Source: an uncultured Verrucomicrobiota bacterium
Lineage (GTDB): Bacteria; Verrucomicrobiota; Kiritimatiellia; CAZCOO01
Assembly: GCA_964500395.1 (NCBI GenBank)
Contig: CAZCOO010000002.1
Location: 1-46,846 of the forward strand
DNA: 46,846 bases
Reading direction: 5' to 3'
Position 1 is the stretch's first letter, and each line of letters begins with the position of its first letter. The notes below the pieces were generated by a model. That model was given only the letters and a program-made list of their open reading frames with translations, was not told the DNA's origin and did not search any database. Shown here piece by piece: positions 38,300 to 46,671 of the stretch. The translations under genes were made by a program, and so were the position numbers.

Positions 38300-39325
38300 T
38301 CAGAGTGTGACGAGCAGGTCTTCCTGGTACAGCCGGCGCACCAGGTCCACATCCAGGCGGTGTCCCGCTTTGTAGGATTCCACATGGCCGACAAACCGTC
38401 CCTCCTCGATCAGGGCGAGGGCGGCGACCAGATCCAGCACCGCCCGATGCCATACCGCCTCCAGGGATCGCCCGCCGTGGACCAGTCCGGCTTCATTCAC
38501 GTACCGGGTTTTCCCCGCCACCAGGATATTCTGGTAGGTGTAGCCGAGGTTGCGGACATCGGCGAACAGTTTGCCGACGGTGCGGCAGAACAGCATCTTG
38601 AGAAAGGGCGTATTGGTGCGGGCCTCCACGCCGATGCGAAAGGTCTGTTCGTTCAGGGGAAATCGAATTCGCTGCTGCCCGATGACGTTCGGAAAGTCGA
38701 TGGCGCAATCGAGGGTCAGCCCGTCGTCGGCGGACTCCGCCGGGGTGAGGATGAGCAGGCGGCCGAATGAGTCCACCAGCGACACTTTTTCCTTCACCGT
38801 CACGTAAGAGACGCGTCCGGACTGTTCCCGGCGCCCGCCTTGCGCCAGGGCCTCCTGGAGATCCAGGCTGCCGCGGTCGAACAGGGGCGGGTCTCCCGAA
38901 TCGATCCGAATGAGCAGGTCATCCACATCCAGGCCCAGTCGCAGGGCGATGATGTGCTCCACCATGCGGATGTAATTGGAGGGGGGGCCGCTTCGCAGCA
39001 CGATGTTGCTGACGATGTCCCCGGTGGTCCAGACGTTCTCCGCCGACACGCGCACCGGCAGGCAGTCGCCGAGGTCGGTGCGGTCAAACCGCCAGCCGGG
39101 TTTGGAGGTCGGGGTGAGCGTGATGGTGGTCTGGGTCCGGCCCTGGAAGGTCCCGTGACCCGAGACGGTGACGGGTTCGGCCAGGGTCGTGCGTGTCCGG
39201 CGCGGGGGCGGGGTTTGGTCGCCGTCCCAATCCCAGTCGATGGGCTGTTGCTGGAACTGCCGGTACGCGGTCAGAAGGTCGTCTTCCTGTCCGGCCAGCA
39301 GACGGCCAAAATCGGTCCTGTCCAT
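38300..39325 (-). CDS. LpxC-family deacetylase, divergent (UDP-3-O-acyl-GlcNAc deacetylase-like)
   Basis: Collinear by eye with E. coli LpxC: RTTLAEPVTVSGHGTFQGRTQTTITLTPTSKPGWRFDRTDL, MVEHII (Glu-His), EARTN (ARTF), VWHRAVLDL (HKxLD region), YKAGHRLD (SGHxLN). AGGAG lies 10 nt upstream of ATG 39325. Confidence 0.7.
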   Translation of the reverse strand: MDRTDFGRLLAGQEDDLLTAYRQFQQQPIDWDWDGDQTPPPRRTRTTLAEPVTVSGHGTFQGRTQTTITLTPTSKPGWRFDRTDLGDCLPVRVSAENVWTTGDIVSNIVLRSGPPSNYIRMVEHIIALRLGLDVDDLLIRIDSGDPPLFDRGSLDLQEALAQGGRREQSGRVSYVTVKEKVSLVDSFGRLLILTPAESADDGLTLDCAIDFPNVIGQQRIRFPLNEQTFRIGVEARTNTPFLKMLFCRTVGKLFADVRNLGYTYQNILVAGKTRYVNEAGLVHGGRSLEAVWHRAVLDLVAALALIEEGRFVGHVESYKAGHRLDVDLVRRLYQEDLLVTL

Positions 39326-39471
39326 ATCGGGGCGTCTCCTTTTGGCCCGCCACCCTAGCGAAGAGCCGGACGCTTGACAACGAAAGCCCGCGCGGGCGGG
39401 CCGGGTGAAATTTGCCGATGGGCGGGAACTCGGCTTTTCGCCCCGGGAAGAGTATGGTAGAACCCCCGGCC

Positions 39472-39864
39472 ATGACTGGAGGAAATTACTTCTACGATCC
39501 GGAGCGGAAGGAATTCCGGCAACGGCGGGTGGAGCCTGCGTCGGGGGCCGACGCGGTCCCCGAATCCGAGGCGGAGCCCGCCGCCCCGGAGGCCGCGCCG
39601 GAGGAGCCCGAGCCCTCGCCGCCGCCGGTGCAGTATGTGAACCCTGTGCCGCGAAGGAGGAAGTCTCAGAAGCGGCGGCAGACCCGGCGCATTGCCGCCT
39701 GGATCTTTATCGGCGGCCTCGTCATCGCGTGGGGGCTGCTCCTCCTGCTGCATTTCATGCCGGGCTTGATCGAGCCCGACCCCTCCGGTCCCGACGCGAC
39801 CCCGGCAGAAAACGCCGCCCGCGTGGAACAGCTCCTGGACGATATTCAGCGCGATCGGAACTAA
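39472..39864 (+). CDS. hypothetical single-pass membrane protein (Pro/Glu-rich N-terminus, basic juxtamembrane stretch)
   Basis: GC3-rich frame, one TM segment (IAAWIFIGGLVIAWGLLLLLHF) preceded by RRRKSQKRRQTRR. The start (39412 or 39472) is uncertain. Confidence 0.45.
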   Translation: MTGGNYFYDPERKEFRQRRVEPASGADAVPESEAEPAAPEAAPEEPEPSPPPVQYVNPVPRRRKSQKRRQTRRIAAWIFIGGLVIAWGLLLLLHFMPGLIEPDPSGPDATPAENAARVEQLLDDIQRDRN

Positions 39865-39957
39865 ACCGCGGGACGGCATGAATCCTTGTATCCGAACCAT
39901 CCGACGCGGTGCGCCGCCTGCAGACTGTGTCCCCCCTCCCCGAACCGGATGGGACCC

Positions 39958-41697
39958 ATGAATGAGTCCGGTGACCTCATGAAGACATCCGTACACGTGC
40001 CCGATTGGGCCCACGACGCAATCTGGTATCAGATCTTCCCCGAACGATTTCGGAACGGAGCCCCGGGGAATAATCCCGAGCCGGGGGATTTGGAGACCCC
40101 CGACATTCCGAACTGGCGCGTGAGCCCGTGGGGGCAGGACTGGTATCGCCAGGACGACTGGGAAAAGCAACGGGGCGGCTTCTACGACTCGGTGATCCAT
40201 CGCCGGTTCGGCGGGGACCTGATCGGGGTTCGGGAGAAGCTCGACTACCTGCAGGACCTCGGCATCAATGCACTGTACCTGAACCCGGTATTCGAGGGCC
40301 GCTCCCTGCACAAGTACGACGGCTCGAGTTTCCACCACATCGACCCCGCCTTCGGGCCGGACCGGGAAGGGGACCGGAAACGGCTGGCGGAGGCCCGCGA
40401 AACCGAGGACCCCGCCACCTGGATCTGGACGGAGGCCGACCGCTTCTTCCTGGATTTCATCCGCGAAGTCCACCAGCGCGGCATGCGGGTGATTATCGAC
40501 GGTGTATTCAATCACACCGGCCGTCACTTCTTTGCCTTCCGCGACCTGCTGAAGAACGGACAGGATTCCCGCTATCGCGACTGGTATCGCATCACGGCCT
40601 GGGAGAGCCGAACGGACTTCACATACCGCGGGTGGTTCGGCCACCAGTCCCTTCCGGAATTGGCCCGGACCGAGCACGACCTGGCGCCGCCGGTCAAGCA
40701 GTATGTATTCGATTGTACGTCCCGATGGATGGACCCCTGCGGCGCCGGGAACCCGGAGGAGGGGGTCGACGGCTGGCGGCTGGATGTCGCCTTTTGTGTG
40801 CCCCATGGGTTCTGGAAGGACTGGCGGCGCCATGTGAAATCGATCAACCCAGAGGCCTATCTGACGGCGGAAATTGTGACCATCGCCGATGAATACCTGC
40901 GCGGCGATGAGTTCGATGCCGTGATGAACTACGCGTGGCTGTATCCGACCGTGAGCTTTTTCGCGGATCCGGACAGCGCGACGGACGCCGCTCGCCTCAT
41001 CCGGGACCTGGATGCCCTGTGGACCTCCTATCCGCAAGAGACCAATTTTGTCCTGCAAAACCTCTATGATTCTCACGACGTGGGCCGCATTGCGTCTGTC
41101 CTGAAGAATCCCGGGAGTCTCCCGGTGGAGACGTTCGACGACTACTTTGCCCTGTCCCGTCTGAAACATGGCGGCGGCTTCGATCCCACCCGGCCGGATC
41201 CCGGCGTCTACGACCGGCTCCGGTTGATGGTGATCTTCCAGATGACCTATCCCGGGGCGCCCATGATCTACTACGGCACGGAAGTCGGCATGTGGGGCGC
41301 CAACGATCCGGACTGCCGGCAACCAATGCTGTGGGACGACATTTCGTACGAACCGGAAACGCACATTCCCGGGGGCGCCGTCCCTGCCTCGCATCGCGGC
41401 CCGGACCGGGAGCTTTTCGCCTTCTACCGCAAGGCCATCCGCCTGCGCTCGGAGTGCAGAGTCCTGCGCCGGGGGACGCTGGAGTGGCTGCCGTCCTCGG
41501 GCGGGCGCGTGCTCGCCTTCCGCAGGGCAGACGACGGGGTAGAGGTAACCGTGTACCTGAATGCGGGCGACGAGGAGAGGCGGGTCAAAGATGCTCCCCC
41601 GGGCCGGGACCTCTGGACCGGCCGGGACACCGGCCCCGGCCCGCTCGTGCTGGACCCCGGCGGGTGGGCGTTGATTCGATCAGGCCCCGGCCCATAG
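39958..41697 (+). CDS. GH13 alpha-amylase-family enzyme (neopullulanase/cyclomaltodextrinase-like, cytoplasmic)
   Basis: AIWYQIFPERF, GGDLIGVREKLDYLQDLGINALYLNPVF, VIIDGVFNHTG, VDGWRLDVAF, YLTAEIV and NLYDSHDVGR (conserved regions I-IV). No signal peptide. Start at 39958 or 39979. Confidence 0.88.
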   Translation: MNESGDLMKTSVHVPDWAHDAIWYQIFPERFRNGAPGNNPEPGDLETPDIPNWRVSPWGQDWYRQDDWEKQRGGFYDSVIHRRFGGDLIGVREKLDYLQDLGINALYLNPVFEGRSLHKYDGSSFHHIDPAFGPDREGDRKRLAEARETEDPATWIWTEADRFFLDFIREVHQRGMRVIIDGVFNHTGRHFFAFRDLLKNGQDSRYRDWYRITAWESRTDFTYRGWFGHQSLPELARTEHDLAPPVKQYVFDCTSRWMDPCGAGNPEEGVDGWRLDVAFCVPHGFWKDWRRHVKSINPEAYLTAEIVTIADEYLRGDEFDAVMNYAWLYPTVSFFADPDSATDAARLIRDLDALWTSYPQETNFVLQNLYDSHDVGRIASVLKNPGSLPVETFDDYFALSRLKHGGGFDPTRPDPGVYDRLRLMVIFQMTYPGAPMIYYGTEVGMWGANDPDCRQPMLWDDISYEPETHIPGGAVPASHRGPDRELFAFYRKAIRLRSECRVLRRGTLEWLPSSGGRVLAFRRADDGVEVTVYLNAGDEERRVKDAPPGRDLWTGRDTGPGPLVLDPGGWALIRSGPGP

Positions 41698-41801
41698 CCG
41701 AATCCGTTCGTCCCGCCTGGCCGGCGGCGGAGTTTAATTTCAGGTGTGACCCCGATAAACTACGATAGACTCCGAAAATGGAGGACGTGAGCGTCTCCAG
41801 C

Positions 41802-41830
41802 TTGACGAACTGTATCCTGTAGGCTACGAT
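41802..41830 (+). promoter_or_regulatory. candidate promoter of the toxin-antitoxin pair (TTGACG-17-TACGAT)
   Basis: Hexamers at 41802-41807 and 41825-41830. The -10 ends 4 nt before ATG 41835, implying a leaderless or near-leaderless transcript. The imperfect inverted repeat GGAGGACG-TGA-GCGTCTCC (41780-41798) lies just upstream. Confidence 0.45.
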
Positions 41831-41834
41831 CAAC

Positions 41835-42134
41835 ATGATGATCGAGATTAGGAAAACAGATGTCTTTGCCAAGTGGATCGATGGACTGAAAGACATACGG
41901 GCACGGGCACGCGTTCAGGCGAGAATCGAGAGGCTTGCCATGGGCAATCCCGGGGATGTTAAGTCAGTTGGCGAGGGCGTTTCCGAGTTGAGAATCTGTG
42001 TCGGTCCCGGTTATCGGGTCTATTTTAAGAAGAAAGGACGCAGGCTGATCATCCTGCTGGCTGGTGGCGACAAGCGAACCCAAAGCCGGGACATAAAGAC
42101 AGCGCTGCGCCTGGCACGGGATTTGGAGGGATAG
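41835..42134 (+). CDS. type II toxin, RelE/ParE superfamily (HigB-like 'addiction module killer')
   Basis: 99 aa. The pattern IRKTDVFAKWIDGLKD..ARARVQARIERLAMGNPGDVKSVGEGVSELRI..GPGYRVYF...ILLAGGDKRTQSRDI is typical of this family. The toxin-first gene order matches HigBA. Confidence 0.85.
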   Translation: MMIEIRKTDVFAKWIDGLKDIRARARVQARIERLAMGNPGDVKSVGEGVSELRICVGPGYRVYFKKKGRRLIILLAGGDKRTQSRDIKTALRLARDLEG

Positions 42135-42137
42135 ATT

Positions 42138-42437
42138 ATGAGCAAAACAAAAACAACTCGATACGACGTGGCGGAACACCTCAGGACTCCTGAGGAAATG
42201 GCAGCCTATCTTGAGGCATGCCTCGAAGAATCTGACGGCGATGCAGCTTTCGTGGCCAAGGCGCTCGGCGACATGGCTCGCGCCAAGGGAATGACCCAAG
42301 TTGCTCGCGAAGCCGGTCTCTCCAGGGAGAGCCTGTACAAGGCCCTCTCCGGTGAGCGGACACCTGGATTCGACACGATCCTCAAGGTGACACATGCTCT
42401 AGGGATTGAACTACACGCAACAGCCCTGCACACCTGA
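42138..42437 (+). CDS. type II antitoxin, HigA-family HTH (addiction module antidote protein)
   Basis: 99 aa. YDVAEHLRTPEEMAAYLEACLEE..DAAFVAKALGDMARAKGMTQVAREAGLSRESLYKALSGERTPGFDTILKV is the classic signature. It starts 3 nt after the toxin stop. Confidence 0.85.
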   Translation: MSKTKTTRYDVAEHLRTPEEMAAYLEACLEESDGDAAFVAKALGDMARAKGMTQVAREAGLSRESLYKALSGERTPGFDTILKVTHALGIELHATALHT

Positions 42438-42542
42438 AAAGCAGAATTTCAACAGAAGCCTTCTGCTCAATGCTGCGCAGGAGCAACGGCATGACGTTCA
42501 CCAGGCCGTCTGACATCGCCGGGGACGGCGGTCGACCTCCGG

Positions 42543-44042
42543 CTACGAATCGGGGTTGAGGATGAAGGCTTCGAAGGGCGCGATTCGGTTGGAGAAGCGG
42601 CGGCCGTAGATCGGCTCGGTATTGAGCAGGTCGGGATTAGAGAGGGTGCGTTCTTCGTCGCCGAGGTTGATCACGCACAGGAGGCGCTCATCGCCGGTTC
42701 GCCGTTCGAAGGCAATGACGGTGGCCCGGGTGGCGACGGCGTCTTCCTGCGGATCGATTTCGCGATACTCGCCGCGCCGCAGGGCGGGGTGCTCGTTTCG
42801 AAAGGCGATCAGGGCCCGGAAGAACTGGTACCATTCCCGGCGGTTTTCATATTTGCGGGCAAAGAGGTTGCCCTCGAATTCCACGCCTTCCTGCAGGCCG
42901 GTGGACCCGTCGGGAAGGAGAAGGCGGCGGCCTTTGTCACAGGGCTGGATGCGTTCGTGGATGGATGGCCGGTTTTCGGCGCCGAATTCCTGGCCGGTGA
43001 GGAGGAAGGGCATGCCCAGGGGGGAGCAGGCCGCGAGCGTCATGAAGGCCCGGACGGCGCCGGGGCCGAAGCGGTAGACCCCGCGCCCCTCGTCGTGGTT
43101 GTCGGTGTAGCGGGCGAGGCGGGGGGCCTCCGGGTCGTCGGGGCTGTACCGGGCGTAGAGGCCCATGGCGCACCGGGCGACCCCGGCCATGCCGCCTTCG
43201 TCCCAGGCCTCGATGAGTGGAGCAAAATCGTCGTTTTCCCGGGCGCCGGAGGCGGGGGACAGAAGCCGGGAGCGTCCGCCGGGGTCGACGCCGTAGAAGT
43301 ACTCGCAGATTTTGTAAAAGGCGTCGTCGTAGGCGGCATTGAAGCCGCGGTCGAAGAGGTCGAGATTGTTGTCGGTCCCGTAGCATTCGGCCATGAAGAG
43401 AATGTCGCGGCCGGCATGGCGGCGGCGCAATTCGGGGATGGTTTCGTTCCAGAAGGATGTGTCGTTGATGAAATGGGCCATGTCGAGACGGAAGCCGTCG
43501 ATGCCGTTGTCCGGATCGGGAAAGGAGAGCCAGGCATCGTAGACCTTGAACATGGCCTCGCGGAGGGCGGGCTCGCGGTAGTTGAGCTTGGCGGTGTCGT
43601 GCCAGTCGAGGTCGTAGGTGATGCGCCCGTCTTCGTCCTGCACGTAGAACTCGGGATGTTCGCGGGCCCATTTGTGGTCGGGGCTGGTGTGGTTGGGGAC
43701 CATGCCGATGATGATGTGCATGCCCCGCTGGTGGGTCTGTCGAACCAGCTCGGCGAGTTCGTCCAGGGTGCCCCATTCGGGGTCGATTTTGTCGTAGTCG
43801 CTGGATGCGTAGGGGGAGCCGATGCCTTTGCGGGCCTCGATGCCCATGAGGAAAGGGGGCATGAGGTGGACGACGGTGATGCCGAGCGCCTTGAGGGTGT
43901 CCAGGCCCTGGGTGAGCACGGCGAGGGGCGAGAGGGTGGTCGGCTCTTCCCCGGCGGCCTCGAGTGCGTTGCGCGGCTCCCGGGCGGCCAGGGACCGCAG
44001 GTTGACCTGATAGATGGTTGCGTCAGGGATCCAGTGTTTCAT
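42543..44042 (-). CDS. GH13 alpha-amylase-family enzyme (cytoplasmic)
   Basis: MPPFLMG, IIGMVPNHTS, IDGFRLDMAHF, FMAECYG and YTDNHDEGR (regions I-IV). Start at ATG 44042 (MKHWIPDATIYQV...). Confidence 0.88.
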   Translation of the reverse strand: MKHWIPDATIYQVNLRSLAAREPRNALEAAGEEPTTLSPLAVLTQGLDTLKALGITVVHLMPPFLMGIEARKGIGSPYASSDYDKIDPEWGTLDELAELVRQTHQRGMHIIIGMVPNHTSPDHKWAREHPEFYVQDEDGRITYDLDWHDTAKLNYREPALREAMFKVYDAWLSFPDPDNGIDGFRLDMAHFINDTSFWNETIPELRRRHAGRDILFMAECYGTDNNLDLFDRGFNAAYDDAFYKICEYFYGVDPGGRSRLLSPASGARENDDFAPLIEAWDEGGMAGVARCAMGLYARYSPDDPEAPRLARYTDNHDEGRGVYRFGPGAVRAFMTLAACSPLGMPFLLTGQEFGAENRPSIHERIQPCDKGRRLLLPDGSTGLQEGVEFEGNLFARKYENRREWYQFFRALIAFRNEHPALRRGEYREIDPQEDAVATRATVIAFERRTGDERLLCVINLGDEERTLSNPDLLNTEPIYGRRFSNRIAPFEAFILNPDS

Positions 44043-44183
44043 GGCCCCCGACTTATCACGGGCCGGGGGACGAGGCAAGATGAACCGCGCGGCTCACCCG
44101 CTGCACGGGTGCGCGTCAATAGACGCCTTCGGCATCAGCACCGGTCAATGGGCATCGGCTCCTCCTTCGCCCGGCGGGCTGCA

Positions 44184-44218
44184 GACCTCCGACTTCCGAC
44201 CTCGGACCTCCGACCTCA
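44184..44218. repeat. five tandem heptamers GACCTCC GACTTCC GACCTCG GACCTCC GACCTCA
   Basis: Read directly from the sequence. It lies in the divergent intergenic region between the GH13 gene (minus) and the M20 peptidase gene (plus). Confidence 0.85.
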
Positions 44219-44281
44219 GCCCGCGCCGGGGCGGGGGAAGGAGGATTTGCCGGGGCGCGGATTTCTGATATACGGGGCCCC

Positions 44282-45463
44282 ATGGCTGATGATTTTCTCC
44301 AACGAGCCGAGCAACACCTCTGGGACCTGCTGCAGGTCGAGGGGCTGAGTGGGCAGGAAGGCGATGTGGCGGCCAGGGTCCGGGAGAAGCTGCTCGCCGC
44401 CGGATGCAAACAGGCCTGGTTCTGTGAGGACCGGACCCCCTGCCGGGTGTACGGATTCGCCTGCGGGAATCTGATTGTTCGCATCCCGGGTGTGCGTGGC
44501 CGGCGCCGGTCCCTGTTCTCCGCGCACCTCGACACCGTGCCGCTCTGCCGGGGCGCCCGCCCGAAACGGGTCGGGGGCCGGCTGGTGCCCGCCGGCGCCA
44601 CCGGGCTCGGGGCAGATGACCGGTCGGGCGTGGCCTGCCTGGTGGCCCTGGCGGAAGAGCTGATCCGGGGCGGATACCGCTATCCGTCCCTGACCTTGCT
44701 TTTTACAGTCGGGGAGGAAGTGGGTCTGAAGGGCGCCGGCGCCCTGGATGTGAAGAAGCTCGGGGCGCCTGCTTGGGGGGTCAATATCGATTCGGGCATC
44801 CCTGCCGAGCTGGTGACCGGGGCCATCGGCCAGGATCAGATCCAGATCGAGGTGATCGGGAAATCCTCCCATGCCGCGGTGCATCCGGAGGACGGGATCT
44901 CCGCCATCACGATCGCGTCCCGGGCGATTGCAGAGCTGGATGAGCGGGGGCTCCTGGGCGCAGTTCAAACCAGCCGGGGGCGGGGCACGGCCAATGTGGG
45001 GGTTCTGCGAGGCGGGGAGGCGACCAACCAGGTGACGGACCGGGTGACGGTACAGGCGGAGGCGCGCAGCCACGGGCCGGTCTTTCGGCGTTGGCTCACA
45101 AAGGCCATTCGCAACGCCTTTGAGCGCGCGGCCGCGAACACCCGCAACGTACACGGCGAGCACGGCCGCATCGAGTTCCGGGCCGCCCCCGCCTACGAAG
45201 CGTTTCGCTTCCCGGCGAGCCATCCCCTGATTCGGCATGCCGAACGCGTGGCCCGGGCGACCGGCCTGCGTCCGACCCGCCGGGTGATCGACGGCGGGCT
45301 GGACGCAAACAAACTCAATGCGCACGGCATCCCCACGATCACCATCGGCGCGGGTCAGCACAACATTCACACGACGGATGAATACCTCGACCTCGGTGAA
45401 TTCCGGGAGGGGTGCCGCTACGCCCTGGCCCTGGCGGTCTCTGATCACAGGGCATCCGCCTGA
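44282..45463 (+). CDS. M20-family metallopeptidase (peptidase T-like)
   Basis: FSAHLDTVP, GADDRSGVA and FTVGEEVGLKGA metal-ligand motifs, with a dimerisation-domain-length insert. About 390 aa. Confidence 0.85.
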   Translation: MADDFLQRAEQHLWDLLQVEGLSGQEGDVAARVREKLLAAGCKQAWFCEDRTPCRVYGFACGNLIVRIPGVRGRRRSLFSAHLDTVPLCRGARPKRVGGRLVPAGATGLGADDRSGVACLVALAEELIRGGYRYPSLTLLFTVGEEVGLKGAGALDVKKLGAPAWGVNIDSGIPAELVTGAIGQDQIQIEVIGKSSHAAVHPEDGISAITIASRAIAELDERGLLGAVQTSRGRGTANVGVLRGGEATNQVTDRVTVQAEARSHGPVFRRWLTKAIRNAFERAAANTRNVHGEHGRIEFRAAPAYEAFRFPASHPLIRHAERVARATGLRPTRRVIDGGLDANKLNAHGIPTITIGAGQHNIHTTDEYLDLGEFREGCRYALALAVSDHRASA

Positions 45464-45469
45464 TTGCTG

Positions 45470-45498
45470 TCGACAAACCCGTCCGTCCGCGGTATATA
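45470..45498 (+). promoter_or_regulatory. candidate promoter at the head of the flp/tad locus (TCGACA-17-TATATA)
   Basis: Hexamers at 45470-45475 and 45493-45498, immediately after the peptidase stop. The palindrome CCTGA-AATA-TCAGG lies just downstream (45516-45529). Confidence 0.35.
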
Positions 45499-45505
45499 GT
45501 TAGCT

Positions 45506-45712
45506 GTGTTAAGTATCCTGAAATATCAGGCAGCCCGTGCAAAGACAGGAGACGGAACCCGGTGGAGGTCCCGTTGCGGGCAGACGATGGTGGAATACGC
45601 CGTAGTGACGGGGATTTTCCTGTCGCTGGTCATTATGCTTTCTCTTTTCCTGTATACGTTCAGGGAATACGGGGGACGAATCCTGGAACTGGTTGCCTCT
45701 GAATTTCCCTGA
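45506..45712 (+). CDS. possible Flp-like prepilin (atypical long basic leader)
   Basis: ...RSRCGQTMVEYAVVTGIFLSLVIML carries the G-xxxx-EY motif followed by a hydrophobic helix. GC is lower and the start codon is unclear (GTG 45506; ATG 45587 would delete the leader). Confidence 0.45.
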   Translation: MLSILKYQAARAKTGDGTRWRSRCGQTMVEYAVVTGIFLSLVIMLSLFLYTFREYGGRILELVASEFP

Positions 45713-45767
45713 TTGAATGTCCACCCACACGCCCGGGCATAAGGAAATGCCGAAGGAGACGAAGACG

Positions 45768-46001
45768 ATGCGCATGCTCAAACGAAAAGAAGGACAGGCG
45801 TTGACCGAATACATCATTATCGTGGTGTTGGTGGCCCTGGCGGCCATCGCCATTGTCGCCATCTTCAGCGATACGATCCGCGAGAAATTCGGCGGCGCCG
45901 TCGAGGAAATGGGCGGGGATTCATCTGCCAAGGATGCGGCGTTGGAGACGAGTTCGCAGGACTACCTGAAAGATCTCGACGAGGACGGTGCCGGGAATTG
46001 A
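45768..46001 (+). CDS. flp: Flp-family type IVb pilin
   Basis: AGGAG lies 9 nt upstream of ATG 45768. Leader MRMLKRKEG, then QALTEYIIIVVLVALAAIAIVAIF (Flp motif G/xxxxEY plus hydrophobic helix). Confidence 0.75.
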   Translation: MRMLKRKEGQALTEYIIIVVLVALAAIAIVAIFSDTIREKFGGAVEEMGGDSSAKDAALETSSQDYLKDLDEDGAGN

Positions 46002-46065
46002 CGACCGGAGATCGGCCGGTCCGCAGTGTACGGTCTGTTCCGGCCTGCATGATCGCGAGCGAATT

Positions 46066-46671
46066 GTGAGGAGCCCCGCCCCATCCGAAACCCGCGCCGG
46101 GCAGGCGATGATCGAGACGGCCTTGATCATTTCCCTGCTGAGTCTGATCACCTTCGGGGCGATCCAGGTGGCGATGGTGTTTGCCGCCCGGGAAGTAATG
46201 GATCACGCCGCCTTTTCCGTGGCCCGTGCGCACATGGTGGGGTTCAATGACTTCATGGTGGAAAAGGTGGGGCGGACGGCCCTGATTCCAAACGCGGGGA
46301 AGCTCCGAATGGAGGATGTGGACACATCCACGGCGGACGCCCTGCCCTGGGGGGATGCGTCGGCGGGCTCGCTCTGGGAGGCGGCATTGCGTGCGCGTCC
46401 CACCTCTCCGCAGGCGGCATTCGAACTCGCGCGCATTCCCCTGTACCTGGGGGCACACCACGGCGGGCAGCTCGGGGCCATCCTGGACTACGAGGACTGG
46501 GATACGGTCCATACGTATGTGAATGAAGATGCCGGCCTGATGCTGGAGGGGCAAACCCGGCAGGAATTTCCGTTGCGCTACCCGTTTCACCGCGCCTTCT
46601 ACGCCGATGATGTCATCCGCCTGCGCGGCGAGTCGCGCATCGGCAACCATGCCGCCCTCTACCTGCAATGA
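46066..46671 (+). CDS. TadE-like pseudopilin
   Basis: RAGQAMIETALIISLLSLITFGAIQVAMVF matches the TadE N-terminal pattern. GTG 46066 is tentative. Confidence 0.7.
   Translation: MRSPAPSETRAGQAMIETALIISLLSLITFGAIQVAMVFAAREVMDHAAFSVARAHMVGFNDFMVEKVGRTALIPNAGKLRMEDVDTSTADALPWGDASAGSLWEAALRARPTSPQAAFELARIPLYLGAHHGGQLGAILDYEDWDTVHTYVNEDAGLMLEGQTRQEFPLRYPFHRAFYADDVIRLRGESRIGNHAALYLQ

Noticed and set aside
38271-38300. GC-rich hairpin (GGGGGCC...GGCGCCCCC) between convergent top6A and the LpxC-like gene
   Set aside because: It is a possible bidirectional terminator, but the stem is bulged and there is no U-tract on either strand. That is too weak to annotate.
39355-41394. 679-aa minus-strand ORF
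   Set aside because: It is antisense to the GH13 gene, which shows all four conserved alpha-amylase regions. It is a mirror ORF.
42112-42126. Sigma-54-like element TGGCACG-N4-TTGG inside the toxin gene, 12 nt upstream of the antitoxin start
   Set aside because: The conserved -12 GC is GG. By my rough estimate a match of this quality would not be surprising by chance in about 94 kb of two-strand sequence. No rpoN or enhancer-binding protein is in the window. It is only worth revisiting if the genome encodes sigma-54.
42789-44348. 519-aa plus-strand ORF
   Set aside because: It is antisense to the second GH13 gene and runs through the intergenic heptamer repeat. It has Gly/Val/Ala-rich low complexity.
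44216-45448. 410-aa minus-strand ORF
   Set aside because: It is antisense to the M20 peptidase gene, which has clear metal-ligand motifs.
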